From NCBI GenBank assembly GCA_024276495.1, contig JAJRXC010000083.1:314-64313 (forward strand): 64,000 nt of DNA, written 5' to 3'. Below are positions 45,361 to 56,592 of the stretch, piece after piece; positions within the stretch are counted from its first letter, which is position 1, and each line of letters starts with the position of its first letter. Both the position numbers and the translations under genes were made by a program. The notes beneath the pieces were generated by a model. It saw nothing but the letters and a program-made list of their open reading frames with translations, was not told the DNA's origin and did not search any database. The DNA is from Actinomycetes bacterium (lineage in GTDB: Bacteria > Actinomycetota > Acidimicrobiia > Acidimicrobiales > Aldehydirespiratoraceae).

Positions 45361-46464
45361 ATGATCACGACCCTGGAAGTCAACCGCGCCGATCACGCCC
45401 GCACCCGGGTGGTACAGGCGCCGGCGGCCATCGGCGAGGGGCAGGTCCTTGCCCGCGTCGACCGGTTCGCGGTCACGTCGAACAACGTCACCTACGCGGT
45501 GATCGGCCACACCCTCGGCTACTGGGACTTCTTTCCACCGGCCGACGACGGGTGGGGGCGGGTCCCCGCGTTCGGCTACGCGGAGATCGTCGACAGCAGA
45601 TGCGCCGGGATCGAACCCGGCAGCCGCGTCTACGGCTATCTCCCGATGAGCTCCCACGTCGTCTTGGAGCCCGGCCGGATCTCCCCCCACGCCTTCCAGG
45701 ACATGGCCGCCCATCGTCAGCCGATGTCGGAGGTCTACAACCGCTACGCGAACGCGGCCACCGATCCGCTCCACGACGGCGAACGTGAAGCGCAGCGGAT
45801 GCTGCTGTACCCGCTGTTCATGACCTCGTTCGTCATCGACGACTTCTTCGCCGACAACGACGACTTCGGGGCGTCGACCGCGGTGATCTCGAGTGCGTCG
45901 AGCAAGACCGCGCTCGGCGTCGCCCGTCTGATGACGCAGCGGGGCCTTCCCGTCATCGGGATCACCTCGGATGCCAATCTCTCGTTCACGGCCGCGCTCG
46001 GCTGCTACGACCAGGTCATCACCTACGACCGGGTCTCCACCCTCCCCGGCGGGCCGGCGATCTACATCGACATCTCCGGGTCGGGTTCGCTCCGTCATGA
46101 GGTCCACTCCCGGCTCGGCGACGCCCTGGCCTTCTCCAGCGCGGTGGGCGCGACCGCCTGGGACGACCTGAGCAGCGGGAGCGGCCCGCTCCCCGGTCCG
46201 GCCCCCGAGTTCTTCTTCGCGCCGACCCAGCTGCAGAAACGTCACGACGACTGGGGACGCGAAGAGATGGACCGGCGGGTGCGGGAGGCGTGGACGGCGT
46301 ACTCGTCGTGGACCGACGAATGGATGACGATCGTCGCCCACGAAGGCGCCGACGCCCTCGCAGCGCTGTGGACCGAGATGTTGCCCGGCCGGGTCGACCC
46401 GACGCTCGGTCACGTCGTCCGCATCGGCGCCGCCGACCGGAGCGTGCCGTCCGACGGCGACTGA
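45361..46464 (+). CDS. DUF2855 family protein
   Basis: FAVTSNNVTYA, YWDFFP, SSASSKTA, FFFAP. Confidence 0.8.
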   Translation: MITTLEVNRADHARTRVVQAPAAIGEGQVLARVDRFAVTSNNVTYAVIGHTLGYWDFFPPADDGWGRVPAFGYAEIVDSRCAGIEPGSRVYGYLPMSSHVVLEPGRISPHAFQDMAAHRQPMSEVYNRYANAATDPLHDGEREAQRMLLYPLFMTSFVIDDFFADNDDFGASTAVISSASSKTALGVARLMTQRGLPVIGITSDANLSFTAALGCYDQVITYDRVSTLPGGPAIYIDISGSGSLRHEVHSRLGDALAFSSAVGATAWDDLSSGSGPLPGPAPEFFFAPTQLQKRHDDWGREEMDRRVREAWTAYSSWTDEWMTIVAHEGADALAALWTEMLPGRVDPTLGHVVRIGAADRSVPSDGD

Positions 46465-46505
46465 CCCGTCCGACGAGCCCGCGCCCGCGCCGGTACCCTC
46501 GGCCC

Positions 46506-47102
46506 GTGGCCGGTCCCCTTCCTCTGCGTTTTCTTCGGTCGTACGCGGACCCCACCGCGCTCCCCCACGTCCACGCGGAACTCGCGCTCATGGGTCGCTC
46601 CAACGTCGGCAAGTCGTCGCTGCTCAACGCGCTGGCCCAACACAAGGGTCTGGCCAAGACCTCGAAGACGCCGGGGGCCACCCGGCTCCTCAACGCGTTC
46701 GAGGTCGGCACGCCCGATTCCGGGCGCTGGCTCATGGACCTCCCCGGCTACGGCTACGCGAAGGTCTCCAAGGCCGAGCAACGCAAGTGGGCGACGATGC
46801 TCAACTGCTACGTCGAGCAGCGGGAGAACCTCACCGCCGTGCTGCTGTTGATCGATGGAGAGATCGGTCCGACCCCCCTCGACCTGCAGACCGTCGAATG
46901 GCTCGACCATCTCCAGCGTGAGATCGTCTATGTCGCGACGAAGGCCGACAAGGTGCGCCCCGCCAAGCGCCAGCGGCGTCGGACCGAGCTGGCGGCCAAG
47001 CTGGGGGTCGAACGACGCGACGTTCGCTGGGTCAGCGCCGACAAGGGCCAGGGGATCCCGGAGCTGCGGTCCCTGGTCCTCGAAACGCTCGGACTGACAT
47101 GA
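46506..47102 (+). CDS. engB: Ribosome biogenesis GTPase YihA/YsxC
   Basis: GRSNVGKSS, SKTPGAT, DLPGYGY, TKAD, VSA. Confidence 0.93.
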   Translation: MAGPLPLRFLRSYADPTALPHVHAELALMGRSNVGKSSLLNALAQHKGLAKTSKTPGATRLLNAFEVGTPDSGRWLMDLPGYGYAKVSKAEQRKWATMLNCYVEQRENLTAVLLLIDGEIGPTPLDLQTVEWLDHLQREIVYVATKADKVRPAKRQRRRTELAAKLGVERRDVRWVSADKGQGIPELRSLVLETLGLT

Positions 47103-47124
47103 CACCCGCCCACAGGAGCATCCG

Positions 47125-48009
47125 ATGATCGAGAAGATGGCGTTCGGACAAACCGGCCACCAGAGCAGCCGGGTGATCTTCGGCGCGGCCGCGCTCGGCA
47201 CGATGTCCGCCGAACGGGCCGCGGCGACCCTCGACACCGTCGTGGAGTTCGGTGTCAACCACATCGACGTGGCGGCGAGCTACGGCGACGCCGAGCTCCG
47301 ATTGGCACCGTTGCTGCGAACCCGTCGCCGCGACGTGTTCCTCGCGACGAAGACCGGAGCGCGCGACGGCGACGGCGCCCGGGCCGGGCTCGAATCCAGC
47401 CTCGAACGCATGGGGGTGGATCATGTCGACCTGATCCAGCTCCACAACCTCGTGGAAGAGGACGAGTGGCGCGACGCCTTCTCGGCCCACGGCGCGGTCG
47501 AGGCGCTCTTCTCGGCGCGCGCCGAGGGACTATGTCGTCATGTCGGCGTCACCGGCCACGGCCTTCGCATCGCCCGGATGCACCTGCGCAGCCTCGCCGA
47601 GGCGCCGTTCGCCTCGGTCCTCTTCCCGTGGAACCACACGCTCGCGTCGGCGTTCCCCGACTACGCAGCCGACGTGGAGCTTCTTCGCGACGTCGCCGCC
47701 AACCAGGGGGTGGCGCTGCAGACGATCAAGTCGATCGCCCGACGCCGGTGGGCCGATCCCGACGAACCCCACTTCAGCTGGTACGAACCGATCGCCGACC
47801 CCGGCGCACGCGCCCGGGCGATCGAGTACGTCCTCGCCGAACCCGACCTCTTTCTCAACACGTCGAGCGACGCCCGCCTCCTGCGGGAAACCCTCGATCT
47901 CGCGAGCTCACCCCGGGTGAGACCGGACGCGTCGCAACTCGAACGGGACCGGTCCGACGCCGGGATCACCCCGATATTCGACGGGGCCGACCTCGAAGTG
48001 ATCGGGTGA
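47125..48009 (+). CDS. Aldo/keto reductase
   Basis: IDVAASYG, FLATK, DLIQLH, GVTGH; AGGAG RBS. Confidence 0.9.
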   Translation: MIEKMAFGQTGHQSSRVIFGAAALGTMSAERAAATLDTVVEFGVNHIDVAASYGDAELRLAPLLRTRRRDVFLATKTGARDGDGARAGLESSLERMGVDHVDLIQLHNLVEEDEWRDAFSAHGAVEALFSARAEGLCRHVGVTGHGLRIARMHLRSLAEAPFASVLFPWNHTLASAFPDYAADVELLRDVAANQGVALQTIKSIARRRWADPDEPHFSWYEPIADPGARARAIEYVLAEPDLFLNTSSDARLLRETLDLASSPRVRPDASQLERDRSDAGITPIFDGADLEVIG

Positions 48010-48026
48010 CGACGCCCTGACCGCGA

Positions 48027-48299
48027 TCAGTCGACGCTGATCTGGGCCATCAGGTTGGCCCGTTCCTCGTCGAAGGTGTCGAGGTCCATCTGACCGTCGT
48101 CGTAGCGGCGGTGAAGATCGGCGACCTTCTCCATCACCTGGTCGTTCGACAGCTTGGGACCGTTGTCGACGACCTCCTCGGCGTCGTCGAGGTCGTCGCC
48201 GCTGCCCTTCTCGAGCTTCTTCTCACGCTTGGACTGCGCCTTGGCCTTCTTCGCCATGTCACGCTGCCGCTTCGCGAAGCTGGATCGTCCTGTCGCCAT
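48027..48299 (-). CDS. Small hypothetical protein (basic N-terminus, acidic C-terminus)
   Basis: GAGGAGG RBS; SFAKRQRDMAKKAKAQSKREKK. Confidence 0.75.
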   Translation of the reverse strand: MATGRSSFAKRQRDMAKKAKAQSKREKKLEKGSGDDLDDAEEVVDNGPKLSNDQVMEKVADLHRRYDDGQMDLDTFDEERANLMAQISVD

Positions 48300-48397
48300 G
48301 ACGTCGTCCTCCTCGAGCTGAATGACCACCGATCGTGGCCGACTATCGAGGGTATGGGGCCGAAGGTGCTTCACCAACGCGTGTAGCTTTCGGACCC

Positions 48398-48775
48398 ATG
48401 ACCACCGACCAGAAGCCGACCGTCACCATCCCCGATGGTGACCCGCCCACCGACCTCGAGCTCGAGGACCTCGTCGCCGGCGACGGCCCCGAAGCCGCCG
48501 CGGGAATGTTGGCGACCGTCGACTACGTCGGGGTGTCCTGGTCGACCGGCGACGAGTTCGACGCCTCGTGGAACCGCAACGACACGTTCGCCTTCAACCT
48601 CGGCGGTGGCGAGGTCATCGAGGGTTGGGACCTCGGCGTCCAGGGCATGAAGGTCGGCGGTCGGCGCCGACTCACCATCCCCCCGGAGATGGGATACGGC
48701 CAGTTCGGCGCCGGCGGGGTGATCGGCCCCAACGAGACGCTAGTGTTCGTCGTCGATCTCCGCAAGCTGGGATGA
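48398..48775 (+). CDS. FKBP-type peptidyl-prolyl cis-trans isomerase
   Basis: YVGV, FDASW, VIEGWD, IPPEMGYG, LVFVVDL. Confidence 0.95.
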   Translation: MTTDQKPTVTIPDGDPPTDLELEDLVAGDGPEAAAGMLATVDYVGVSWSTGDEFDASWNRNDTFAFNLGGGEVIEGWDLGVQGMKVGGRRRLTIPPEMGYGQFGAGGVIGPNETLVFVVDLRKLG

Positions 48776-49980
48776 CGCCGGCGCCGCCACCGCTGGCCCT
48801 TCACCGCGCCGACACCTATGTCGACGGTGCCCCCCATGAGCTGTTCGCCCGGCTCCGCCGCGAGGCGCCGGTGGTCTTCCAACCGATGGACGACCAGCCC
48901 GGCTACTGGGCGGTGCTTCGCCACGCCGACGTCGTGCACGTCGCCACGCATCCGGAGATCTTCTCCGCGGCCGAGGGCGGGGTGGTCGTCGAGGATCTCG
49001 AACCGGCGAGCCTCGAACAGATGCGCGACATGCTGCTCGCCATGGACCCTCCCCGTCACACCGCCTACCGACGGCCGCTCGTGCCGGAGTTCACCGCCCG
49101 GGTGATCTCGGGCATGGAGGCACGTGTGCGCGAGGTCACCCGGGAGATCCTCGACCGGGCGGCGGCCCGAGGCCCCGAGGTCGAGTTCGTCCACGACGTC
49201 TGTGCCCACCTGCCGAGCCAGGTGATCGGCGAGCTCATGGGCCTCCCCCGCGACGACTGGGCCCGGATCCACGCCATGGCCGAACGCAACTCGGGTGGCC
49301 AGGATCCCGACATCGCCGACGCGGCCGAACGGGGCAGCTCCAGCGTCGACATGGCGATGTACGGCATCACGTTCGCGGCCGCTCGTCGGGACACGCCCGC
49401 CCGCGGGGACCTCACCGACATCTTGTTGCGCAAGGAGTTCGACGGCGCACCGATGACCGACGTCGACTTCGGACGGTTCTTCGTCCAGTTGGTCACCGCC
49501 GGCAACGACACCACCCGAACCATGCTCTCCAGCGGGCTTCTCGCCCTCCTCGAGCATCCCGGCCAGCTCGCGATGGTGCGCCGCGACCGGCGCCTCATTC
49601 CGTCGGCGATCGAGGAGATCCTGCGCTGGGCCAACCCGTTGCACTACTTCCGCCGCACGGCCGTGGTCGACACCGAGCTCGGCGGGGTCCGGATCGCCGC
49701 CGGCGACAAGGTCGCCATGGTGTACACCTCGGCCAACCGCGACGAGGCCGTGTTCGACGATTCGCAGCGCTTCGACATCACCCGTCGCCCGAACCATCAT
49801 CTCTCGTTCGGGATCGCCCACCACTTCTGCCTCGGCGTGCACCTGGCCCGCCTCGAGGGTCGGGTGTTCTTCGAGGAGCTCCTCGACCGGTGGCCCGACA
49901 TCGAGCTGGCGGGCGAGCCCCGACGCCAACGCTCCAACCTCAACAACTCGCTGAAGCAGCTCCCGGTGCGGATCTCGTGA
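48772..49980 (+). CDS. Cytochrome P450 (CYP124/125/142-like)
   Basis: DPPRH, AGNDTT, EEILRW, FGIAHHFCLG. Confidence 0.95.
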   Translation: MTPAPPPLALHRADTYVDGAPHELFARLRREAPVVFQPMDDQPGYWAVLRHADVVHVATHPEIFSAAEGGVVVEDLEPASLEQMRDMLLAMDPPRHTAYRRPLVPEFTARVISGMEARVREVTREILDRAAARGPEVEFVHDVCAHLPSQVIGELMGLPRDDWARIHAMAERNSGGQDPDIADAAERGSSSVDMAMYGITFAAARRDTPARGDLTDILLRKEFDGAPMTDVDFGRFFVQLVTAGNDTTRTMLSSGLLALLEHPGQLAMVRRDRRLIPSAIEEILRWANPLHYFRRTAVVDTELGGVRIAAGDKVAMVYTSANRDEAVFDDSQRFDITRRPNHHLSFGIAHHFCLGVHLARLEGRVFFEELLDRWPDIELAGEPRRQRSNLNNSLKQLPVRIS

Positions 49981-50111
49981 CCTCGCCCGGTCCGCCGGGC
50001 CCGATGAACGACACGAGCCGATCACGCGCCTACGATCGCACCCACCCTTCACCACCATGGCGCGTGACAACCCGCGCCGCGCGCTGACCCCGCCCGACCG
50101 ACGAGGTACCC

Positions 50112-50741
50112 ATGACGACACCCACACCCGACGCCGCCGGCAACATCGCCCCGGGCTACTACTACGCGGAAGGCGACCCGCCCGGCACCGTCCGCTACTG
50201 GGATGGCACCCAGTGGACGGGAAGCCCGATGCCCTCACCTCCTGGTGCGACACCGGCCGCGCCGAACGCGGCCGGGTTCTCCCAGGAACGATTCGGAGGC
50301 ATGGGCATCCGCATCGGCGCGATCCTGCTCGACGGCCTCGTGTTCGTCGTCGTGGCGGTGCTGGTGAGCCTTCCGTTCGCGGACAACGTGTCGAACAGCG
50401 ACACCTCGTTCGAGTTCCAGGTCACCGGTGGTGCCGTGTTCATCGGGCCGCTGGTCTACCTCGCCCTGACCATCGTGATGGTGGCGACGATCGGCGCGTC
50501 ACCCGGAAAGTTGATGGTCGGCCTGCGCATCACCACCGCCGACGGGACGACCCCTCCCGGCTACGGGCCGGCCGCGTTGCGGTCCCTGCCGTGGCTCCCC
50601 ACCCTGATCCCGCTGCTCGGGGTCGTGATCTGGCTCGGGATCGTCATCGCGAGTCTGGTCACCATCAGCAACGACGCCGAACGGCGCAGCCTCTTCGATC
50701 GCGTGGCCAACACCCGGGTGGTTCGCAAGAGCGCGCTCTGA
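50112..50741 (+). CDS. RDD family membrane protein with N-terminal DUF2510-like motif
   Basis: PGYY...RYWDGTQWT; RIGAILLD, SPGK, DRVANTRVV. Confidence 0.85.
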   Translation: MTTPTPDAAGNIAPGYYYAEGDPPGTVRYWDGTQWTGSPMPSPPGATPAAPNAAGFSQERFGGMGIRIGAILLDGLVFVVVAVLVSLPFADNVSNSDTSFEFQVTGGAVFIGPLVYLALTIVMVATIGASPGKLMVGLRITTADGTTPPGYGPAALRSLPWLPTLIPLLGVVIWLGIVIASLVTISNDAERRSLFDRVANTRVVRKSAL

Positions 50742-50748
50742 GCGGCCC

Positions 50749-50772
50749 GCGGCGGGTGTCGTCACCCGCCGC
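50749..50772. terminator. Stem-loop between convergent RDD and typA genes
   Basis: GCGGCGGGTG-TCGT-CACCCGCCGC, perfect 10-bp stem. Confidence 0.55.
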
Positions 50773-50786
50773 CGGCTGAGTTGGCG

Positions 50787-52649
50787 TCAGTCGTCGTCGC
50801 GGGGGGCCTTCGCGCGTTTGACGATGCGGGCCCGCGCCCCGGCGCCGAGCACGGTCTTGCGCAGGCGAACGGTCGCGGGCGTCACCTCCACACACTCGTC
50901 GTCGGCGATCGTCTCGAGCGCTTGTTCGAGCGAGAACAGCCGGGGCGGGGTGAGCCGGATCGTGTCGTCGCTCGACTGGGTACGGATGTTGGTCTGCTTC
51001 TTCTCCCGGCAGATGTTGACGTCCATGTCCTCGGATCGGGCGTTCTCGCCGACGATCATGCCCTCGTAGACCTTCACGCCGGGCGGGACGTAGAGCGCCG
51101 ATCGTTCCTGAAGGGCGGCGATGGCGTAGCCGGTGGTGTCACCGATCCGGTCGGAGACCACACTGCCCCGGGCCCGGGTGCGGATCTCGCCGGCCCAGGG
51201 GATCCACCCCTCGAACACGTGATGGAGCAGCCCGGTGCCCCGGGTCTCGGTCATGAACTCGGTGCGGAATCCGATGAGGGCCCGAGCCGGGACGACATAG
51301 TCGAGCCGAACCCAACCGGTGCCGTGGTTGGTCATGTTCTCCATGCTCGCCTTGCGCTCCCCGAGCAGCTGGGTGACCGCGCCGACGTGTTCCTCGGGCA
51401 CGTCGATGGTGAGCCGTTCCGTGGGTTCGTGGACCGCGCCGTCGATCTCGCGGGTCAACACGACGGGCTTGCCGACGGTCAGCTCGAATCCTTCGCGCCG
51501 CATCGTCTCGACGAGGATCGCCAGCTGCAGCTCGCCTCGGCCCTGGACCTCCCAGGTGTCGGGCCGTTCGGTGTCGAACACCCGGATGGAGACGTTGCCG
51601 ATCAGCTCGGTGTCGAGCCGGGCCTTGATCTGGCGGGCGGTCAGCTTGGTTCCGTCGTGACCGGCGAGGGGCGATGTGTTCGTACCGATCGTCATCGACA
51701 GCGTCGGCTCGTCGACGGTGATCGCGGGGAATGGACGGGGATCGTCGGGATCGGCGAGGGTGTCGCCAATCGTCACGTCGTCGAGTCCGGAGACGCCGAT
51801 GAGCGCGCCGGGCCCGGCCTCGTCGACCTCCACCCGGTCGAGGGCCTCGGTGACCGTGAGCGTGCCCACCCGGGCGCGCTCGATGGTGCCGTCGGCGCGG
51901 CACCAGGCCAGGGCCTGGCCCTTGCGGATGGTCCCGTGTTCGACCCGGCACACGGCGATGCGTCCGACGTACGGAGACGAGTCGAGGTTGGTGACCCACG
52001 CCCGCATGGGGTGGCCGGGATCGTGCAGCGGCGCGGGGACCGACTGCAACAACACGTCGAAGAGCGGCGACATGTCGGTGCCGGGGACATCGGGGTCGAG
52101 GGTGGCCAGTCCTTCGCGGGCAACGGTGTAGACGATCGGGAAATCGATCTGGTGATCGGCGGCATCGAGATCGAGGAAAAGCTCGTAGACCTCGTCGACG
52201 ACATCACGAATGCGGGCGTCGGGCCGATCGATCTTGTTGATGACCAAGATGACCGGGAGATGGCGGGCCAGCGCCTTGCGCAGAACGAACCGGGTCTGGG
52301 GCAACGGGCCCTCGGATGCGTCGACCAGCAGCACGACGGCGTCGACCATCGTCAACGCACGTTCGACCTCTCCTCCGAAGTCGGCGTGGCCTGGCGTGTC
52401 GACGATGTTGATCTTCACGCCGTTGAAGCGAATCGCCGTGTTCTTGGCGAGAATCGTGATGCCCTTCTCGCGCTCGAGGTCCATCGAGTCCATGACCCGG
52501 TCCTTGAGCTCCGCCCCTTCACGAAAGGCCCCGCTCTGGCGGAGAAGGGCATCGACGAGGGTGGTTTTTCCATGGTCGACGTGGGCGATCATGGCGACGT
52601 TGCGAAGCGTTTCGACGCGACACAACGGGGACTCGGGGGCAGTGGTCAC
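50787..52649 (-). CDS. typA: Translational GTPase TypA/BipA
   Basis: [45 protein letters not shown]. Confidence 0.96.
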   Translation of the reverse strand: MTTAPESPLCRVETLRNVAMIAHVDHGKTTLVDALLRQSGAFREGAELKDRVMDSMDLEREKGITILAKNTAIRFNGVKINIVDTPGHADFGGEVERALTMVDAVVLLVDASEGPLPQTRFVLRKALARHLPVILVINKIDRPDARIRDVVDEVYELFLDLDAADHQIDFPIVYTVAREGLATLDPDVPGTDMSPLFDVLLQSVPAPLHDPGHPMRAWVTNLDSSPYVGRIAVCRVEHGTIRKGQALAWCRADGTIERARVGTLTVTEALDRVEVDEAGPGALIGVSGLDDVTIGDTLADPDDPRPFPAITVDEPTLSMTIGTNTSPLAGHDGTKLTARQIKARLDTELIGNVSIRVFDTERPDTWEVQGRGELQLAILVETMRREGFELTVGKPVVLTREIDGAVHEPTERLTIDVPEEHVGAVTQLLGERKASMENMTNHGTGWVRLDYVVPARALIGFRTEFMTETRGTGLLHHVFEGWIPWAGEIRTRARGSVVSDRIGDTTGYAIAALQERSALYVPPGVKVYEGMIVGENARSEDMDVNICREKKQTNIRTQSSDDTIRLTPPRLFSLEQALETIADDECVEVTPATVRLRKTVLGAGARARIVKRAKAPRDDD

Positions 52650-52683
52650 CGGCGGAAGGGTACCGACACATAGGGTGGTCGAG

Positions 52684-54720
52684 ATGCGCCGACCCTTCCG
52701 GCTCGCGGTCTCGGTCCTGCTTCTCGGGGCATTGATCGCCGCTGCGTGTGCCGAGACGACCGAGGAGGAACGTGCGGCCATCGCGGCGGTCGCCGCGGCC
52801 GGGTTCGACGACGGGTCGGACCCCTCTCACCGCTCCACCGGCCCGGGGACGGGCCCGCCGCCGGCCGGTCGCGCCGGTGCCCCTCCGACGATCGAACCGA
52901 TGGACTGCCCTTTCGAACGCGACGATCTGGCCCCGGTCGAATGCGGAACGCTCGAGTTGCCCGGCCGCGGCGCCGACGAGGACTACACCGTCGAGATCGC
53001 GTTCGCCCGGTTCTTCGCGACGGGCGCAGCCGAGGACATCCGACCCGACCCGGTCGTCTATCTGCACGGTGGGCCGGGCGGCGCGATTCTCGACGACGGC
53101 GACTTCTGGTACGACTCCATCGTCGCGCCCCACATCGAGAACCGCGACGTCGTCCTCTACGACCAGCGGGGCGCGGGCCGGTCGACCAACCTACCCGCAT
53201 GCCACGAGGCGTCGGAGGTCAGCGAACGTTTCTATGGCGACGTCGCCGCCCACGACACGCTCGCCGACGAGTACATCGCCGCCCTCGACGAGTGCGCCGT
53301 GAAGTTCCGCGAGCTCACCACTGTCGATCTGACCGCGTTCAACAGCGCGGTCAACGCCCAGGACCTCGTGGATTTGATGTGGGCACTGGACATCTCCGAG
53401 TACAACCTCCACGGGTCGTCGTACGGAACCCGGCTCGCCCAGACGGTGATGCGCGACGCGCCCGAAGGCGTGCGGTCGGTCGTGTTGAGCGGCGTCTACC
53501 CGATCGAGGTGAACCTCATGGGGTCGATCGCCGGGTCGATGGAGTCGTCGCTGAACGCGGTCTTCGCCGGCTGCGCGGCGCAACCGGCCTGCGGGCGAGC
53601 GCTCCCGGATCCCTGGTCGACACTCGAGGCGCTCGTCGACGAGCTCGATGCCGAACCGCTGCGGGTGGAGATCCCGACGTCGTTCGACCGCAGCGACACG
53701 ATCGTCTTCGACGGCACCGACTTCCTCAACGGCCTCCACAGCCTTCTCTACGTCGGCCGCGACGCCGCCGGCGTACCCGATCTGCTCATCGACCATCTCG
53801 ACGGAGACGACCGCAGGATCCGCCGTCTCGCCGGGGAGAGCGTCTTCGATCTCCTCGACACCGCCACGTTCCTTCTCGTGCAGTGCGCCGACGAGGGCCC
53901 GTTCACTACGCTGGCCGATCTCGACCGACCCCTGGTCCACGAGTTCCTCCGCGCGATCGACCTCGCACCCGCGATCAACGGGATCGACGCCATCACGATC
54001 TGTGAGAGCTGGGACACCGGCGTCACCGACCCGATCGAGAACGAGCCCGTCACCTGGGACGTTCCGACACTGATCCTCGCCGGGGCCGTCGATCCGATCA
54101 CCCCGCCCACCTGGGCCGCCGACCTCGCGGCTCGACTCCCGCGGAGCCGACTCGTCGTGTCGGCGACGGCGTCGCACGACTCCGACGAGGGCTGGTGCGC
54201 CCTGGGGTTGATCGCGGACTTCGTCGACCGCCCCGATGTCCTCCTCGATGCCTCGTGCGCGGCCGAGGATGCGGTGCTGCCCATCCCCGAGAACGCAAAT
54301 CGGTTCCGTGAGCCGCTCGAGCTGGTCGACTGGTCGCTCGACCTCGACGGGGACGGTGTCTACACCGACATCCGCCTGCCCGACTGGACCGGTGAGTGGC
54401 GAGACGACGTCTACATCCGATGGCGGGGGCTGGACCCGATCGACCCGACCGCGTTGATCGTGCTCGACGGCAGCTCCGAGTACGACCCCGTCGACCACCT
54501 CCGGTTCTCGGGGGCGATCCCCGACTGGGCGGCGGTGCCACGACCGTTCGTCCCCGCGGGATGGACCCGGTGGACGATGGAGACGACCGGCGGCGACCTC
54601 ATCAGCTACGTCCGCGACACCGATGGCTTCGAGATCGTCCTGGTTCGTGAGCCGGGTGAACCCGACGATCTCGAAGCCATGGTGCTCGTCCCGGCGGCGG
54701 TCTCGGCGGGTGCGCGCTGA
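52684..54720 (+). CDS. Lipoprotein alpha/beta hydrolase (TAP-like peptidase) with extra C-terminal domain
   Basis: Lipobox IAAAC; YLHGGPG, DQRGAG, GSSYG, DPITP, SHD. Confidence 0.88.
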   Translation: MRRPFRLAVSVLLLGALIAAACAETTEEERAAIAAVAAAGFDDGSDPSHRSTGPGTGPPPAGRAGAPPTIEPMDCPFERDDLAPVECGTLELPGRGADEDYTVEIAFARFFATGAAEDIRPDPVVYLHGGPGGAILDDGDFWYDSIVAPHIENRDVVLYDQRGAGRSTNLPACHEASEVSERFYGDVAAHDTLADEYIAALDECAVKFRELTTVDLTAFNSAVNAQDLVDLMWALDISEYNLHGSSYGTRLAQTVMRDAPEGVRSVVLSGVYPIEVNLMGSIAGSMESSLNAVFAGCAAQPACGRALPDPWSTLEALVDELDAEPLRVEIPTSFDRSDTIVFDGTDFLNGLHSLLYVGRDAAGVPDLLIDHLDGDDRRIRRLAGESVFDLLDTATFLLVQCADEGPFTTLADLDRPLVHEFLRAIDLAPAINGIDAITICESWDTGVTDPIENEPVTWDVPTLILAGAVDPITPPTWAADLAARLPRSRLVVSATASHDSDEGWCALGLIADFVDRPDVLLDASCAAEDAVLPIPENANRFREPLELVDWSLDLDGDGVYTDIRLPDWTGEWRDDVYIRWRGLDPIDPTALIVLDGSSEYDPVDHLRFSGAIPDWAAVPRPFVPAGWTRWTMETTGGDLISYVRDTDGFEIVLVREPGEPDDLEAMVLVPAAVSAGAR

Positions 54721-56519
54721 TGAGGTTCGCTCCCCGCGGCCTGGCCGTCCTCGTCGTCTCCCTCGCCCTCGTCGCCACGGCCTGCTCCGGGTCGGATTCC
54801 GTCACACCGGACACCGGTGACCAGTCGCCGACCGGCGGGAACGACGCGGACGTCGCCGAGCCCGGCGGCTCGGCCACCGACGGCGCGGCGATGCTCGTCG
54901 ACGTCGATTGCTTCGGCGGCGAGGCACGATGCGGCACGGCGCTCCTTCCCCAGGTGCCGGGAAGCCCCGATCTCGTCGAGGTCGCGTTCCGCGTCGTTTC
55001 CGAATCCGGGGAGGGTGTTCCCGTCGTGCTGCTCGAAGACCGCGACAGGGCGATCCGACTCGACCCCGCCGACTTCCCGGGCCGGCCCCTCATCGCCCTC
55101 GGGTCGCGCCGCCATCCCCCCGGCGGCCCGACCATCTCGTGCCCGGAGTGGGGCCGGGTCCCCACCGACGCCGACGATGCCGAGACCAGAGCCGCAACCG
55201 CGTCATGTGCGCAGCGGCTGGCCGACGCCGGCATCGATCTCGACGGCGGCACCCGGGAGAACCAGGCCCGCGACGCGGTTGCCGTGCTGGAAGCCCTCGG
55301 GATCGACCGGTTCGACGTGATCGCGTCGGGACTACACGCGGACCTCGTCGCCGCGATCGACGATTCGCCACTGGCCGTTCGGCGAGCCGTCTACGTCCGA
55401 CCTTCGTTCTCGGGCGAGGACCCGATCGACACGCTCTTCGCCGACGTGATGGCGGCCCTCGATGCCGTGTGGGCCCGATGCGACGAGGTCGACGAGTGCT
55501 CGACCGCCGGAAGCGTCACCGATTTCCTCGCGGCGATCGAGGACTTGCGGGAACGCCCGATTCCCCACGCGGCGACGCCCGGACGCCTGGTCGGTGCCGA
55601 TCAACTCATCGCGGTCGTCGTGAACGAGATCGGCACCACCCGGGGCGCCGAGTTCCTGCCCAGGCTGCACCGGCTCGTCATCGAACGAGACGCCGCCGCC
55701 CTGTCGGCCTATGTCGACTCGTCGTTCTCATCGCCGATCATCGACGGGTTCACGATCGTCTGTGGCCGCCTGGGCGAGGGTCCGGGGGCCGAGGTCAAGC
55801 TTCCCGCCGTCCTTCGCCGCCACGCCACCCGGGCCCGGTCGTTCTTCGCGGCCGCCTGCCCGGTGTGGGGCGTGCGCCGGGTCGAACCCCCGATCGCGGC
55901 GCCGCCCGGACTGGTCATCACCTCGCTCGGGCAGGCCGACCGGCCCGGTCCGGCCGCGGCGACGATTCGTGAACCGACGGTGGGCGCGCCGAGCTCGGCC
56001 TGCGTCACCGGCGCGGCGGCCGCCTGGTTCGACGACGAACGGGTCGATGACACCGCCTGTCGGACACCACTTTCGATGAGGGGACGCAGCGAGAGCGCCG
56101 ACACCGTCGTCGGACGCTACGAGTACACCGACGACCTCACCGTGACCGCCGCGGTGCCCGCCACCTGGTCGGACTACGGCAACGGCACCTGGTACCGCGA
56201 GGCCGATCCGATCGACTCGACCAACCTCGACATCTACGTGTGGGACAACAACGATCCACAGCTCGCCCGCGACGAGATGGTTGCCAGTTGGGGCCTCGTC
56301 GATCCCACGTATGCGACGCGCCCCATCGGCGATCGGAAGTGGCAGCTCGCGACGGGCGCGGTCGACTCCGACGCCGCCTCCTTCGTTTTCGCGATCGCGG
56401 TCGCCCGGGTCGACGGTGTGACGGTCGGGTTCGTGCTGGGCGCCGACCGCTTCGAGCTCGACGCGCTCGTCGAGACCGTGTTGGTCCCCTCCCTCACCTC
56501 GGTCGCGATCGGGGGTTGA
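54720..56519 (+). CDS. Lipoprotein, degenerate paralogue of the upstream alpha/beta hydrolase
   Basis: Lipobox VATAC; similar Cys spacing and C-terminal DPIDxT motif, but lacks HGGPG and GxSxG; TGATG coupling. Confidence 0.75.
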   Translation: MRFAPRGLAVLVVSLALVATACSGSDSVTPDTGDQSPTGGNDADVAEPGGSATDGAAMLVDVDCFGGEARCGTALLPQVPGSPDLVEVAFRVVSESGEGVPVVLLEDRDRAIRLDPADFPGRPLIALGSRRHPPGGPTISCPEWGRVPTDADDAETRAATASCAQRLADAGIDLDGGTRENQARDAVAVLEALGIDRFDVIASGLHADLVAAIDDSPLAVRRAVYVRPSFSGEDPIDTLFADVMAALDAVWARCDEVDECSTAGSVTDFLAAIEDLRERPIPHAATPGRLVGADQLIAVVVNEIGTTRGAEFLPRLHRLVIERDAAALSAYVDSSFSSPIIDGFTIVCGRLGEGPGAEVKLPAVLRRHATRARSFFAAACPVWGVRRVEPPIAAPPGLVITSLGQADRPGPAAATIREPTVGAPSSACVTGAAAAWFDDERVDDTACRTPLSMRGRSESADTVVGRYEYTDDLTVTAAVPATWSDYGNGTWYREADPIDSTNLDIYVWDNNDPQLARDEMVASWGLVDPTYATRPIGDRKWQLATGAVDSDAASFVFAIAVARVDGVTVGFVLGADRFELDALVETVLVPSLTSVAIGG

Positions 56520-56592
56520 CCGCACGTCGCGGTCGCCGACGACGCGGTCCCGCCGGCTCGTTTTCTGCGCCGATCTGTGTCAGATTCGTGTC

